Assembly (NCBI GenBank): GCA_019243475.1
Contig: JAFAUE010000442.1
Location: forward strand, 1 to 46,859
DNA length: 46,859 bases
Direction of reading: 5' to 3'
Source: Acidobacteriota bacterium
GTDB lineage: Bacteria > Acidobacteriota > Terriglobia > Terriglobales > Acidobacteriaceae
Part shown: piece by piece, positions 17,583 to 25,999 of the stretch
Position numbering within the stretch: position 1 is the first letter of the stretch
Layout of the letters: the number at the start of each line of letters is the position of its first letter
Translations under genes and position numbers: made by a program
Notes under the pieces: generated by a model
Seen by the model: the letters and a program-made list of their open reading frames with translations, nothing else
What the model was told of the DNA's origin: nothing
Databases searched by the model: none

Positions 17583-18832
17583 ACCGCCTCCAGTTCCGAC
17601 AGCCGAGCCAACAGGAGTCCATCGGCTTCATCGAGAGCGGCAGCGAGCGTCGTCGAGTCGAAGGATATCGGCTGCGTACCTTCGAAAAGTTCGTTCGGCA
17701 GTTTCTTCCTTAGCTCCTCGACTGCTGCCAGCTGAGCAAGAAGCGCCGGGTCAGCGCGCATTGCGTCCAGCATGCGAACCACTTCTCCCACAGGATCGTC
17801 CCGCGTCAGCAGTGCTCGCCGGTCCAGACGGGGAAGCGTGGCTACCTGCACTCTTTCTATCCACAAGAGACCAGAGCCGTATTCGTTTGCCAGGCTTATC
17901 GCCTGATGGCGGACCTGCTCCGGATCGCGGTTCAGCTCCACATGCGCATCGGTCAGTCCAGAGATTCGCAAGCGGACCGCGGTAACGCGATCTCTGGCAC
18001 AAGCAACAGTCTCTTCCAACTCGCTTCGCAGCTTGTCATAGACCTCTTCAGCATCGCCGCAAGCCGACACATCGAGGTCGAGCTCTGTCCAGGGAACTAC
18101 GGAGGTTGCGATGGTTTTGAGCGAGATCGCGCCGGACTCCGACACCGTGACCAGTTCGCAGCTCTTCTCTCCCTGCTCTTTGCCGTGACGGCCCTGAATG
18201 TTTCCGGGAAAAACAATGTAAGGGTTCTCGCACAATACCTGGCGGTTGTGCACGTGACCAAGCGCCCAGTACTGATACCCCTTATTGCGCAGGCTGTCGA
18301 GCGAGCAGGGCGCATAGTTCGCATGCTCGGAGATTCCGGAGAGGTTTGTGTGCAGCACTCCGATGTTGAAGTATTGGGCGAGAGGTTCGGGATAACCCGC
18401 TGCTAGATCGTCGGTAATCTCGGGCGTGGCGAAGCTTTGGCCGTGCAAGGCCACCCTTAAGTTGCGAATAAGGAACGTTTGCGGTTCGGCTGACCGGAAT
18501 ACGTGAACGTTGCTCGGAGGTCGAAGCTGCTTGAGCAGCTTGCTCGCGGCGTCGTGATTGCCATGAATCAGGTAAACATCGATGCCGGCTTCCTTCAGCC
18601 GGGCCATCTGGGCATTGAAGTAGAGAGCAGATTCGAAACTCTTGAGACCGGTGTCATAGAGGTCGCCGGCAATGACCAGAAAGTCGACTTTTTCCGAAAC
18701 CGCCGCTTCAAGGACCTTTTCAAAGGCGCGGCGCGTGGCATTGCGAATTTCCTGGACCGGCGCCCCGGGATACTCCGCGAGGCCTTGCAGAGGCGTGTCG
18801 AGGTGAACGTCGGCGCAGTGAATGAACTTCAT
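17579..18832 (-). CDS. Mre11/SbcD-family metallophosphoesterase nuclease (YhaO/SbcE-type)
   Basis: Calcineurin-like phosphoesterase motifs CADVHLD, AGDLYD, HGNHD and LGHVH. Translationally coupled to the ATPase. Confidence 0.88.
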   Translation of the reverse strand: MKFIHCADVHLDTPLQGLAEYPGAPVQEIRNATRRAFEKVLEAAVSEKVDFLVIAGDLYDTGLKSFESALYFNAQMARLKEAGIDVYLIHGNHDAASKLLKQLRPPSNVHVFRSAEPQTFLIRNLRVALHGQSFATPEITDDLAAGYPEPLAQYFNIGVLHTNLSGISEHANYAPCSLDSLRNKGYQYWALGHVHNRQVLCENPYIVFPGNIQGRHGKEQGEKSCELVTVSESGAISLKTIATSVVPWTELDLDVSACGDAEEVYDKLRSELEETVACARDRVTAVRLRISGLTDAHVELNRDPEQVRHQAISLANEYGSGLLWIERVQVATLPRLDRRALLTRDDPVGEVVRMLDAMRADPALLAQLAAVEELRKKLPNELFEGTQPISFDSTTLAAALDEADGLLLARLSELEAV

Positions 18833-19020
18833 GTGGCCCGGGAGAACGCGTAAATACAGCGCTCAAGGCCGGACTATAACCGGAGTCTCGGGGCGAAGTA
18901 AAAGGAAATCTATGGGGCGAGCAATGCAGGCTATGGTCGAAAGGCTGACGATAGGACCTTCACTCCGTCCTTTCACTTGCCGCGATGGCGAAATGCACGC
19001 CGGCAGCACCAATTATTGTC

Positions 19021-19171
19021 ATCCCTGCGTCCGCCGATTTGCGTTGGTTGCCGAACCGCTTGGCGGCTGCGGACGCAGGGATCTGCTGTCACTTAAGAAA
19101 CAGCAGATCCCTCTCTGGCGCAAAATCAGCTCAATTTTGATTGCGAAAACATCTCTCGCGCAGAGAGGGAT
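19021..19171. repeat. Three consecutive perfect inverted repeats with overlapping arms (ATCCCT...AGGGAT ends)
   Basis: H1 pairs 19021-19034 with 19069-19082 (14 bp). H2 pairs 19078-19089 with 19100-19111 (12 bp). H3 pairs 19107-19117 with 19161-19171 (11 bp). Neighbouring arms share 5 nt (GGGAT / ATCCC). Confidence 0.85.
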
Positions 19172-19207
19172 GACAACGTGAATGCTGCAGACGTACAGAT
19201 TCTTGTC

Positions 19208-21103
19208 TTACCTCACACCGGCAGGAACGACTGCATGCACCTGCTCCACGATCGCCTGCGCGTCGATCTTGTACTTTGCCAGCAGCTCTTCCGGCTTGCC
19301 GCTGTGGGGCACTTCGCGGACGGCAAGACGATAAACCTTCACGCCTTCAGGACCTACCGCTTCTGACACTGCGTCGCCCACGCCGCCCGCCTCATAGTGG
19401 TCTTCCACGGTGATGATGGTGTTGTTCGTGGCCCGAGCTGCCGCCAGAAGTGTCGCTGCATCGACCGGCCGGACACTGAAAAGATCGATCACACGGATGG
19501 AGACGCCTTGCTTCTTAAGTTGGTCGCAGGCTTTCAGCGCTTCGTTCAGCGTGACGCCGGCGCCGACGACGGTTACAGCATCGTCTTTGCCCTGGCGCAA
19601 TACTTTGGCTTTCCCGATTTGGAACTCCTCGTTGTTGTCGTAGAGAATCGGCTGCTTGGGACGTCCGGCGCGTACGTAAGCGATTCCTTTGTGCGAAGCG
19701 GCCAAATCGACGGCATACCAGGCGCTTACGGCATCGCTGGGATACAACACGATCGAATTCGCCATCGAGCGGAAGAGACTCAGGTCTTCCAAGCCCATCT
19801 GCGAGGAGCCGTCTTCTCCAATGGAGACGCCCACGTGGGTACCGATGCACTTGACGTTCAGGTGGGCGAGTCCAGCCAGGCGAATAAAATCGGCGGCGCG
19901 CGTGAGGAAGCAGGCGAAGGTAGAGCAGAAGGCGATCTTCCCGCTGGCCGCCAGTCCCATGCCCATGCCGACCATGTTCTGCTCGGCGATAAAGCCCTCG
20001 ATGAAGCGCTGGGGCGCCACTTTCTGGAAGAATTCCGTGTGCGTGGAATTTTCCACGTCGCCATCGAGACAAACAATGGTCTCGTTGCTTTTCCCAATCT
20101 GTTCCAGGGCGTGGCCCGTCGCCTCGCGTGTAGCGACCTCTTTCCCAATCTGGTACTGCGGAGCGGAAACGCCCTTGTACGAGGGAAATTGGCGGGCCTG
20201 GGCGGCGGGTTTACCGGGATGAGGCTTCGTGCCGCTGCTCTTTACGAACTGCTGATCCAGCTCGGCAACGGCCTTCTCGGCTTCGTCTGGCTTAAGAGCC
20301 TTTCCGTGCCAGCCGTCTTTGTCCTCGATAAAGGAGACGCCTTTTCCTTTCAGCGTTCGCGCCAGAATCACGCTAGGCTTTCCCCGCGTGCGCTTCGCGG
20401 TGTCGAAAGCTTCAAGCAGCTGGCGCACATCGTGTCCATCCACTACCATGGCATTCCAGCCGAAGGCGGACCAGCGCTGCTGATAGGTCTCCAAATGGTG
20501 TTGAAGCATTGTCGGCTGACTCTGTCCGAGGCGGTTCACGTCCACGACGGCGCAGAGGTTATCGACTTTATGGTAGTTCGCAAGCTCGGCCGCTTCCCAA
20601 ACTGAACCTTCGGCGTTCTCTCCGTCGCCTAAAAGCGCGTAAGCGCGCATGGGCGATTGATCGATGCGAGCCGCCAACGCCATTCCCAGGGCCACACAAA
20701 TGCCCTGTCCCAGCGAACCTGTGGGAACGGAGACGAACTTGAGGATCGGCGTCGGATGTCCTTCAAGGTCGGAATCGATGCGGCGCAGGGTAAGCAAATG
20801 CTCGCGCGAAATGAATCCGAGCTCCGCCCAGGTGGAGTAGAGGACCGGGGCAGCGTGTCCTTTCGAGAGCACGAACTTGTCGTTGGCAGCATTGCCGGGA
20901 TCCTGCGGATCGAAATTCATGACCGAGAAGAAGAGACATGCCATGATCTCGGCGGCAGACATGGAACTGGTGGGGTGTCCGCTACCGGCCGCAGTGGTCG
21001 CGCGGATGGAATCAATCCGTAATTGAGTCGCGATGTTATGCAGCGAGTCGAGCAGATCTTGCGAGTAGGGCACGGGAGAGCTCCTCAAAGCCGGGAAACT
21101 CAT
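19208..21103 (-). CDS. tkt: Transketolase (about 630 aa, animal-like short type)
   Basis: LRIDSIRATTAAGSGHPTSSMSAAEIMACLFF, FVLSKGHAAPVLY, and the TPP/metal motif LLGDGENAEGSVWEA. ATG 21103 gives a family-typical N-terminal length. The ORF is open to 21133 (TTG). Confidence 0.9.
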   Translation of the reverse strand: MSFPALRSSPVPYSQDLLDSLHNIATQLRIDSIRATTAAGSGHPTSSMSAAEIMACLFFSVMNFDPQDPGNAANDKFVLSKGHAAPVLYSTWAELGFISREHLLTLRRIDSDLEGHPTPILKFVSVPTGSLGQGICVALGMALAARIDQSPMRAYALLGDGENAEGSVWEAAELANYHKVDNLCAVVDVNRLGQSQPTMLQHHLETYQQRWSAFGWNAMVVDGHDVRQLLEAFDTAKRTRGKPSVILARTLKGKGVSFIEDKDGWHGKALKPDEAEKAVAELDQQFVKSSGTKPHPGKPAAQARQFPSYKGVSAPQYQIGKEVATREATGHALEQIGKSNETIVCLDGDVENSTHTEFFQKVAPQRFIEGFIAEQNMVGMGMGLAASGKIAFCSTFACFLTRAADFIRLAGLAHLNVKCIGTHVGVSIGEDGSSQMGLEDLSLFRSMANSIVLYPSDAVSAWYAVDLAASHKGIAYVRAGRPKQPILYDNNEEFQIGKAKVLRQGKDDAVTVVGAGVTLNEALKACDQLKKQGVSIRVIDLFSVRPVDAATLLAAARATNNTIITVEDHYEAGGVGDAVSEAVGPEGVKVYRLAVREVPHSGKPEELLAKYKIDAQAIVEQVHAVVPAGVR

Positions 21104-21200
21104 CAGTCTATGGTTGCTTGAGGAGCAGGTCAATCGCGGCAGGCAGCAGCCGCGAGCTCCGGAGCAGCAGCTCGGAGCCCGCAGTCGCCTATCGGTCTTT

Positions 21201-21245
21201 TGCTTATCGCCTATGGCCTATTGCTTATCGCGTACTGCTTATCGC
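21201..21245. repeat. Three direct copies of TGCTTATCGC upstream of tkt
   Basis: Copies at 21201-21210, 21222-21231 and 21236-21245. The last abuts the DinB gene stop codon. Confidence 0.8.
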
Positions 21246-21788
21246 CTACTTCACACCCATCTTCGGATCCCACGAGCCCTGCTCTTTGCGGACGTAGATC
21301 ATCTCCCCGATGTGATACGCGTTGTGCGTGCTGATGTGAGTTAATGTCTGCGCGGACTGCTTGAGTTTTTCTTCGTCGGCGCTCTGCACCCAGTTCTCGA
21401 GATCCGTCAACACCTGATCGAGCTGCGTCACTAGATCGTTCCACGCCTTGGCGTCGAATTTGTCGAAAGTCTCCTCGTTGTTGCCGCTGAACTTTTCCGG
21501 AGTCTCGCCTTTGAGGCGAGCCAGGCTCTGGCGGTTCCAGAACACGAGGTGATAAGCAAGCTGTCCGACGGAGTGGTTGCCCTTGCCATCAGACCAGCTG
21601 GCCTGCTCGGCAGTAAGTCCTTTTACTGCGACGTTCGCGGGCACAAACCACTCTTCGCTGTTGTGTGTGGACTTCAGCTCTGCCAGCAAAACGTCACGCA
21701 AGCTGGTGGGTTTCTTCTTGTTGTTGTCTTGCGCGTAGATAGGAACGGTGAGCAGCAACAGCAGAAACAACGGCAGTCGTTTCATCAT
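21246..21788 (-). CDS. DinB-family protein with signal peptide
   Basis: GGAGGAG RBS. MMKRLPLFLLLLLTVPIYAQ signal peptide. DinB-type His pattern (QLAYHLVFWN, HISTHNAYHIGEM). Confidence 0.8.
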   Translation of the reverse strand: MMKRLPLFLLLLLTVPIYAQDNNKKKPTSLRDVLLAELKSTHNSEEWFVPANVAVKGLTAEQASWSDGKGNHSVGQLAYHLVFWNRQSLARLKGETPEKFSGNNEETFDKFDAKAWNDLVTQLDQVLTDLENWVQSADEEKLKQSAQTLTHISTHNAYHIGEMIYVRKEQGSWDPKMGVK

Positions 21789-21911
21789 CGAAAGGTCTCC
21801 TCCGGGCTCTTAGACGTGAAAGATGCAGGAAGGATTCAGAGCTTCGCGTCAGCTGGGTGTCGCGGAGCCGAGGCGTGTGGTCTGTCCCTTGTTGCCTGTA
21901 ACTTACACCTC

Positions 21912-22391
21912 TCACTCTTCGAGTTCCGACTCTTCGGGTGCATCGGTGGGACTGTTGAACCAGAGCTTGTAGCCGTCAGGGTCGATCACGTTCACGCACC
22001 AAAGCCGATTGCCGACGAACGGCTTCTTGGCAATCTGCACGCCGCGCGACTTGAATTCGCGATAGAGGGCCAAAGAGTCAGCGCATTGAAAGCAGATGGA
22101 CATGCCGGCGCCCAGGTTCTCCGGAACCTTACTTATCTTTCCTTCGAGATATACGTTATGCTCGCCGGCCTTGAGAAACTCCTGCAGCATGAGCGCAGCC
22201 TCGCCCAACTCGAGCCAGCACCAGCGGATCTTGCCCTCAGGATTGCTTTCTTTGGCGTCGGGAATCCAGCTGTACTTCATTCTGAAACCAAGGCCGTCGA
22301 TGTAAAAGCGCAGCGAGGCTTCCATGTTCGTGACCCCAAAGAAGGGGACGGCACTCTTCACGTTAACTTCTGTTTGAGTTGCGGTTGGCAT
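21912..22391 (-). CDS. VOC (glyoxalase/bleomycin-resistance/dioxygenase) family protein
   Basis: FFGVTNMEASLRFYIDGLGF..., paired beta-alpha-beta-beta-beta pattern, C-terminal VNVIDPDGYKLWF. Confidence 0.75.
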   Translation of the reverse strand: MPTATQTEVNVKSAVPFFGVTNMEASLRFYIDGLGFRMKYSWIPDAKESNPEGKIRWCWLELGEAALMLQEFLKAGEHNVYLEGKISKVPENLGAGMSICFQCADSLALYREFKSRGVQIAKKPFVGNRLWCVNVIDPDGYKLWFNSPTDAPEESELEE

Positions 22392-22779
22392 GGCGCTTAA
22401 GTGTAAGTTAAATCTTTAGTGCTTGAGATTAGTCCTTCCACAAGCCAGCGCGAAGCGCGGAACTCTAGTAGGCCATGCGCGTAAGCCATGGCAACATGAG
22501 GGAAAGATCTGAGCCCGCCAGGGCGGCACTCGCGATGGCACAATTTGCGACCGGAACCGCACCCGCGTTCAATTCGATCCAAACGCGCGCCATTAGATTA
22601 GGCAAAAAAGGAATGCCGCCCTTCGGGCTCTGGTCGATTGAAATCCTAACCCACGGCTCACGCCAAGTGGGCTACGAGAGTGTCGCCCTACGGGCTGCGA
22701 ATGACGCGTGCGCAGACATGCAGCTAGGCTGACGTATTCCGCCAACCTCCCTAGGCCCCATCCTGTATCCTTCTCGCCC

Positions 22780-24189
22780 ATGAAGCGAGTGGCGATGGCG
22801 TGCTGCGTCTTCGGCATGATCGTGTCCAGCCTGGTTTTAGCGCAGAGTGCATCCAATGCTCCGCGACTCAAGGTGAGCGCCAACCATCGCTGGCTTCAAT
22901 ATGCGGACGGTCGCCCGTTTTTCTATCTTGCCGACACCTCTTGGCATTTATTTCCCAATGTAACCCGGGAGCAGGCCGACCTCTATCTCGCGAACCGCGC
23001 GGCGAAAGGCTTCAATGTAATTCAGGCTTGCGTTCTGAATAATGTGGACGATGCAAATGCGTATGGCGAGAAGCCGCTGACCGATCGCGATCCGGCCAAG
23101 CCGAATGAAGCATATTTTCGCCATGTTGATTACATCGTCGGCAAGGCGCAGCAGTTAGGGCTCTTCATCGGCATGCTTCCCACTTGGGGAAGCAATTGGA
23201 CGCGCCGGCACGCCAAGCCGCCATATGTCTTCACCAGGGACAATGCCCGCGTTTACGGCAATTTTCTCGGTTCCCGATATAAGAACAGGCCGATCATCTG
23301 GATTCTGGGAGGAGACGAAGGCATCTACAGCGATGAAGAGCGCGCGATTATCGAAGCACTGGCCGCGGGCTTGCGCGAGGGCGATGGCGGCACGCATTTG
23401 ATTACCTACCACCCGCGCGGTCCGGGACGTTCTTCCGACTATTTTGCCCAGGGCTCCATCCTCGACTTCAATATGTACCAGTCGTCGCACGGCGCGCATG
23501 ATCATGACAATGGCTTGTTCGCCGACCATGATTACGGACTCCAGCCGCCCAAGCCCACCGTGGACGGAGAGGCGCGCTATGAAACTCTGCCCGTCGGTTT
23601 TTATTATCCAGAGGCCAGCAAATACGATCGTTTTGACGATTACGATGTGCGCCAGGCGGCATACTGGTCGGTCCTGGGCGGAGCTTGCGGACACGCATAC
23701 GGCAACAATAATCTCTGGCAGATGTGGGCTCCGGGGCGTAAGCCGGAGATCCAGCCGAACATGCCGTGGTATGACTCGCTCGATCATCCAGGCGCGTTCC
23801 AAATGGGAATCATGCGTAAATTGTTCGAATCGCGACCATTCCAGAAACTCGTTCCTGAGCGCGAAGTGGTGGCGAACGGCCCTGCATACGGCGGAGCGAA
23901 GATTCGCTCCGAGCGGGCCGATGATGGCTCTTTTGCTTTCATTTATTCGCCGCGAGGTGAATCCTTCACCGTCGACAAGAGCCGGCTGAAGGCTCCGCGC
24001 CTGAAGGAGATCTGGTTCGATACGCGTTATGGCGCTTCCTACCATTTTCATTCGACGACCAACGAGGGTTACCAGACCTATGCTCCTCCCACTTCGGGAC
24101 GCGGACAGGATTGGCTGCTGATCCTCGAAGACGAAAGCGCAAATTTCCCATTGCCTCTCGATTACAAGCTAAGCGGAACGCAGAACTAG
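22780..24189 (+). CDS. Secreted glycoside hydrolase, DUF4038/GH140-like
   Basis: Signal peptide MKRVAMACCVFGMIVSSLVLAQS. LKVSANHRWLQYADGRPFFYLADTSWHLF and GFNVIQ match my recollection of the DUF4038 (GH140 apiosidase-type) N-terminus. ATG 22780; the track ORF is open from 22708. Confidence 0.6.
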   Translation: MKRVAMACCVFGMIVSSLVLAQSASNAPRLKVSANHRWLQYADGRPFFYLADTSWHLFPNVTREQADLYLANRAAKGFNVIQACVLNNVDDANAYGEKPLTDRDPAKPNEAYFRHVDYIVGKAQQLGLFIGMLPTWGSNWTRRHAKPPYVFTRDNARVYGNFLGSRYKNRPIIWILGGDEGIYSDEERAIIEALAAGLREGDGGTHLITYHPRGPGRSSDYFAQGSILDFNMYQSSHGAHDHDNGLFADHDYGLQPPKPTVDGEARYETLPVGFYYPEASKYDRFDDYDVRQAAYWSVLGGACGHAYGNNNLWQMWAPGRKPEIQPNMPWYDSLDHPGAFQMGIMRKLFESRPFQKLVPEREVVANGPAYGGAKIRSERADDGSFAFIYSPRGESFTVDKSRLKAPRLKEIWFDTRYGASYHFHSTTNEGYQTYAPPTSGRGQDWLLILEDESANFPLPLDYKLSGTQN

Positions 24190-24357
24190 GCGGCAACTTG
24201 ATCCTGCGCAATCGGCCGGCGATGGTTGGGCCTAACTCATGCGCGCTGGGTCTTGGAGGCCGGTGCCTCCGTTGACCCTCCCTGACTCGCGTGTTACTTT
24301 CAAAGGTTGCTGAGCGCCTATTGGGCGCTACCTTCCACACTGCACAAGGAACACCTT

Positions 24358-25488
24358 TTGACTCCAACCGCCGAGGCCACTGGACTGCGTAAGACTGCCT
24401 TGAACAGCGTGCACCGCGAGCTGCGCGCCAAGATGGTCGATTTCGGCGGTTGGGACATGCCGGTGGAGTACTCCGGGCTGATTGCCGAGCACATGGCCGT
24501 GCGCACAGGCGTGGGCGTGTTCGACGTCAGCCACATGGGGGACATCCTCATCCGCGGCCCGCAATCCCTCGCCGCGGTTCAGCACATCAGCATGAACGAT
24601 GCTTCGCGGCTGCAGCAGGGACAAGCCCACTACTCGGCACTGCTGTATCCGGAAGGCACTTTCGTCGATGACGTGATCGTGCACAAGCTCGGCGAGAACG
24701 ACTATCTGCTGGTGATCAATGCCGGTACTCGGGAGAAAGATGTGAGCTGGGTGCAGCAGAATGTCCGCGGCTTTCGCTGCCATGCCCAGGACTTAAGCGA
24801 CTACTACACGCAGCTCGCCATCCAGGGGCCGCGAGCGGTCGATGTGCTGCGCAAGCTGACAAATGCGGATCTCTCCACCATGAAGAATTACTGGTTTACT
24901 TACGGAACAGTTTGCGGGCTGCCGAACACGATGATCGCTCGCACCGGCTACACCGGCGAAGATGGCTTCGAGATATACATTCCCTCCGACGAGCCGACCA
25001 GCCGCCGCGTCTGGAATGAAGTGCTTGAGGCGGGAAGGGAATTCGGCATCCTGCCGTGCGGCCTGGGCGCACGCAATACGTTGCGTCTCGAATCCAAAAT
25101 GGCACTCTACGGGCACGAGATTTCCGAGACCATCAACGTCTGGGAGGCGGATCTTGGCCGCTACTGCAAAATGGATAAGCCGGAGTTTATCGGTCGCGAA
25201 GCGCTGGAGCAGCTGAAGGCTGCAGGTCTGAAGCGCATTCTGGTTGGCCTGGAAATGATCGAGCGTGGCATTGGGCGGGACGGCTACAAGGTCTTCAGCG
25301 AGTCAGGGGAGGAAATCGGATCCATCACCAGCGGCTCCCCTGCGCCATTTCTCAAGAAGAACATAGCTCTGGCCTACGTGCCGCCGGGTTACTCCCAAAT
25401 TGGGACCACGGTACTGGTGGAAGTTCGCAGTCAGAAGATCAGAGCGCAGGTAGTACCCACACCGTTTTACAAGCGCGTAAAGAAATAA
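24358..25488 (+). CDS. gcvT: Glycine cleavage system T protein (aminomethyltransferase)
   Basis: LRKTALNSVHRELRAKMVDFGGWDMPVEY, FDVSHMG, ARTGYTGEDGFE. The start is uncertain: TTG 24358 follows AAGGA, and the ORF is open from TTG 24307. Confidence 0.9.
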   Translation: MTPTAEATGLRKTALNSVHRELRAKMVDFGGWDMPVEYSGLIAEHMAVRTGVGVFDVSHMGDILIRGPQSLAAVQHISMNDASRLQQGQAHYSALLYPEGTFVDDVIVHKLGENDYLLVINAGTREKDVSWVQQNVRGFRCHAQDLSDYYTQLAIQGPRAVDVLRKLTNADLSTMKNYWFTYGTVCGLPNTMIARTGYTGEDGFEIYIPSDEPTSRRVWNEVLEAGREFGILPCGLGARNTLRLESKMALYGHEISETINVWEADLGRYCKMDKPEFIGREALEQLKAAGLKRILVGLEMIERGIGRDGYKVFSESGEEIGSITSGSPAPFLKKNIALAYVPPGYSQIGTTVLVEVRSQKIRAQVVPTPFYKRVKK

Positions 25489-25503
25489 ATAAAGGAAGAA
25501 CGC

Positions 25504-25893
25504 ATGCCTTTTCCCGCAAATTACCGCTACACCCGGGAACACGAATGGATCAAAGTGGACGGCGGTCAAGCCACAATCGGCATTACCGACTACGCGCAAA
25601 ATTCTCTCGGCGACATTGTCTTCGTCGAACTACCTAAAGTAGGGGATGAGCTGTCGGCGGGCAAGACCTTCGGCAGCGTCGAGTCGGTGAAAGCGGTGTC
25701 GGACTTGTATGCTCCAGCGTCCGGTAAGGTCGTTGCCGTGAATGATGAGCTCAACGGGGCGCCGGAGAAGATCAACTCCGACGCGCATGGCGCGTGGATG
25801 GTCCGCATTCAACTGAAGGACGCAGGAGAGGTAAATAAACTGCTCTCCTCAGACGATTATGACAAGTTCGTCAAAGAGGAGGGAGGACATTAG
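25504..25893 (+). CDS. gcvH: Glycine cleavage system H protein
   Basis: YTREHEWIK, and lipoyl-lysine motif GSVESVKAVSDLYAP. AAGGAAG RBS. Confidence 0.93.
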   Translation: MPFPANYRYTREHEWIKVDGGQATIGITDYAQNSLGDIVFVELPKVGDELSAGKTFGSVESVKAVSDLYAPASGKVVAVNDELNGAPEKINSDAHGAWMVRIQLKDAGEVNKLLSSDDYDKFVKEEGGH

Positions 25894-25900
25894 GAAGTTG

Positions 25901-25988
25901 GCGATTTTTTGATTTTGCGATTTGGTGATGTTCTGACGTGATGAGTCCGCGGGTTTCCAATCACGAAATCGCAAAATCACGAAATCAC
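25901..25988. repeat. Long imperfect inverted repeat between gcvH and gcvPA
   Basis: Core arm 25911-25929 (GATTTTGCGATTTGGTGAT) pairs with 25960-25978 at 18 of 19 positions, with a 30-nt loop. Pairing extends outward imperfectly to about 25901 and 25988. Confidence 0.85.
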
Positions 25989-25999
25989 GAATTGAGGTC

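Noticed and set aside
14079-18832. Assigning the ATPase-nuclease pair to a named anti-phage system (Lamassu, Wadjet, Gabija, Septu).
   Set aside because: Gene number, sizes and domain types do not fit. There are no JetABD-like partners, no LmuA-type effector, and no TOPRIM, helicase or HNH domain. The Mre11-type nuclease plus hook-less SMC-like ATPase matches the YhaO/YhaN repair-type pair best.
24190-24357. Glycine riboswitch upstream of gcvT.
   Set aside because: This is the expected location in many bacteria. However, I cannot find the conserved cores (GGAGAG...ACCGAAGGGGCAA-type elements, usually in tandem). Only two short hairpins are present (GGAGGC-CGGT-GCCTCC at 24255-24270 and AGCGCC/GGCGCT at 24313-24329).
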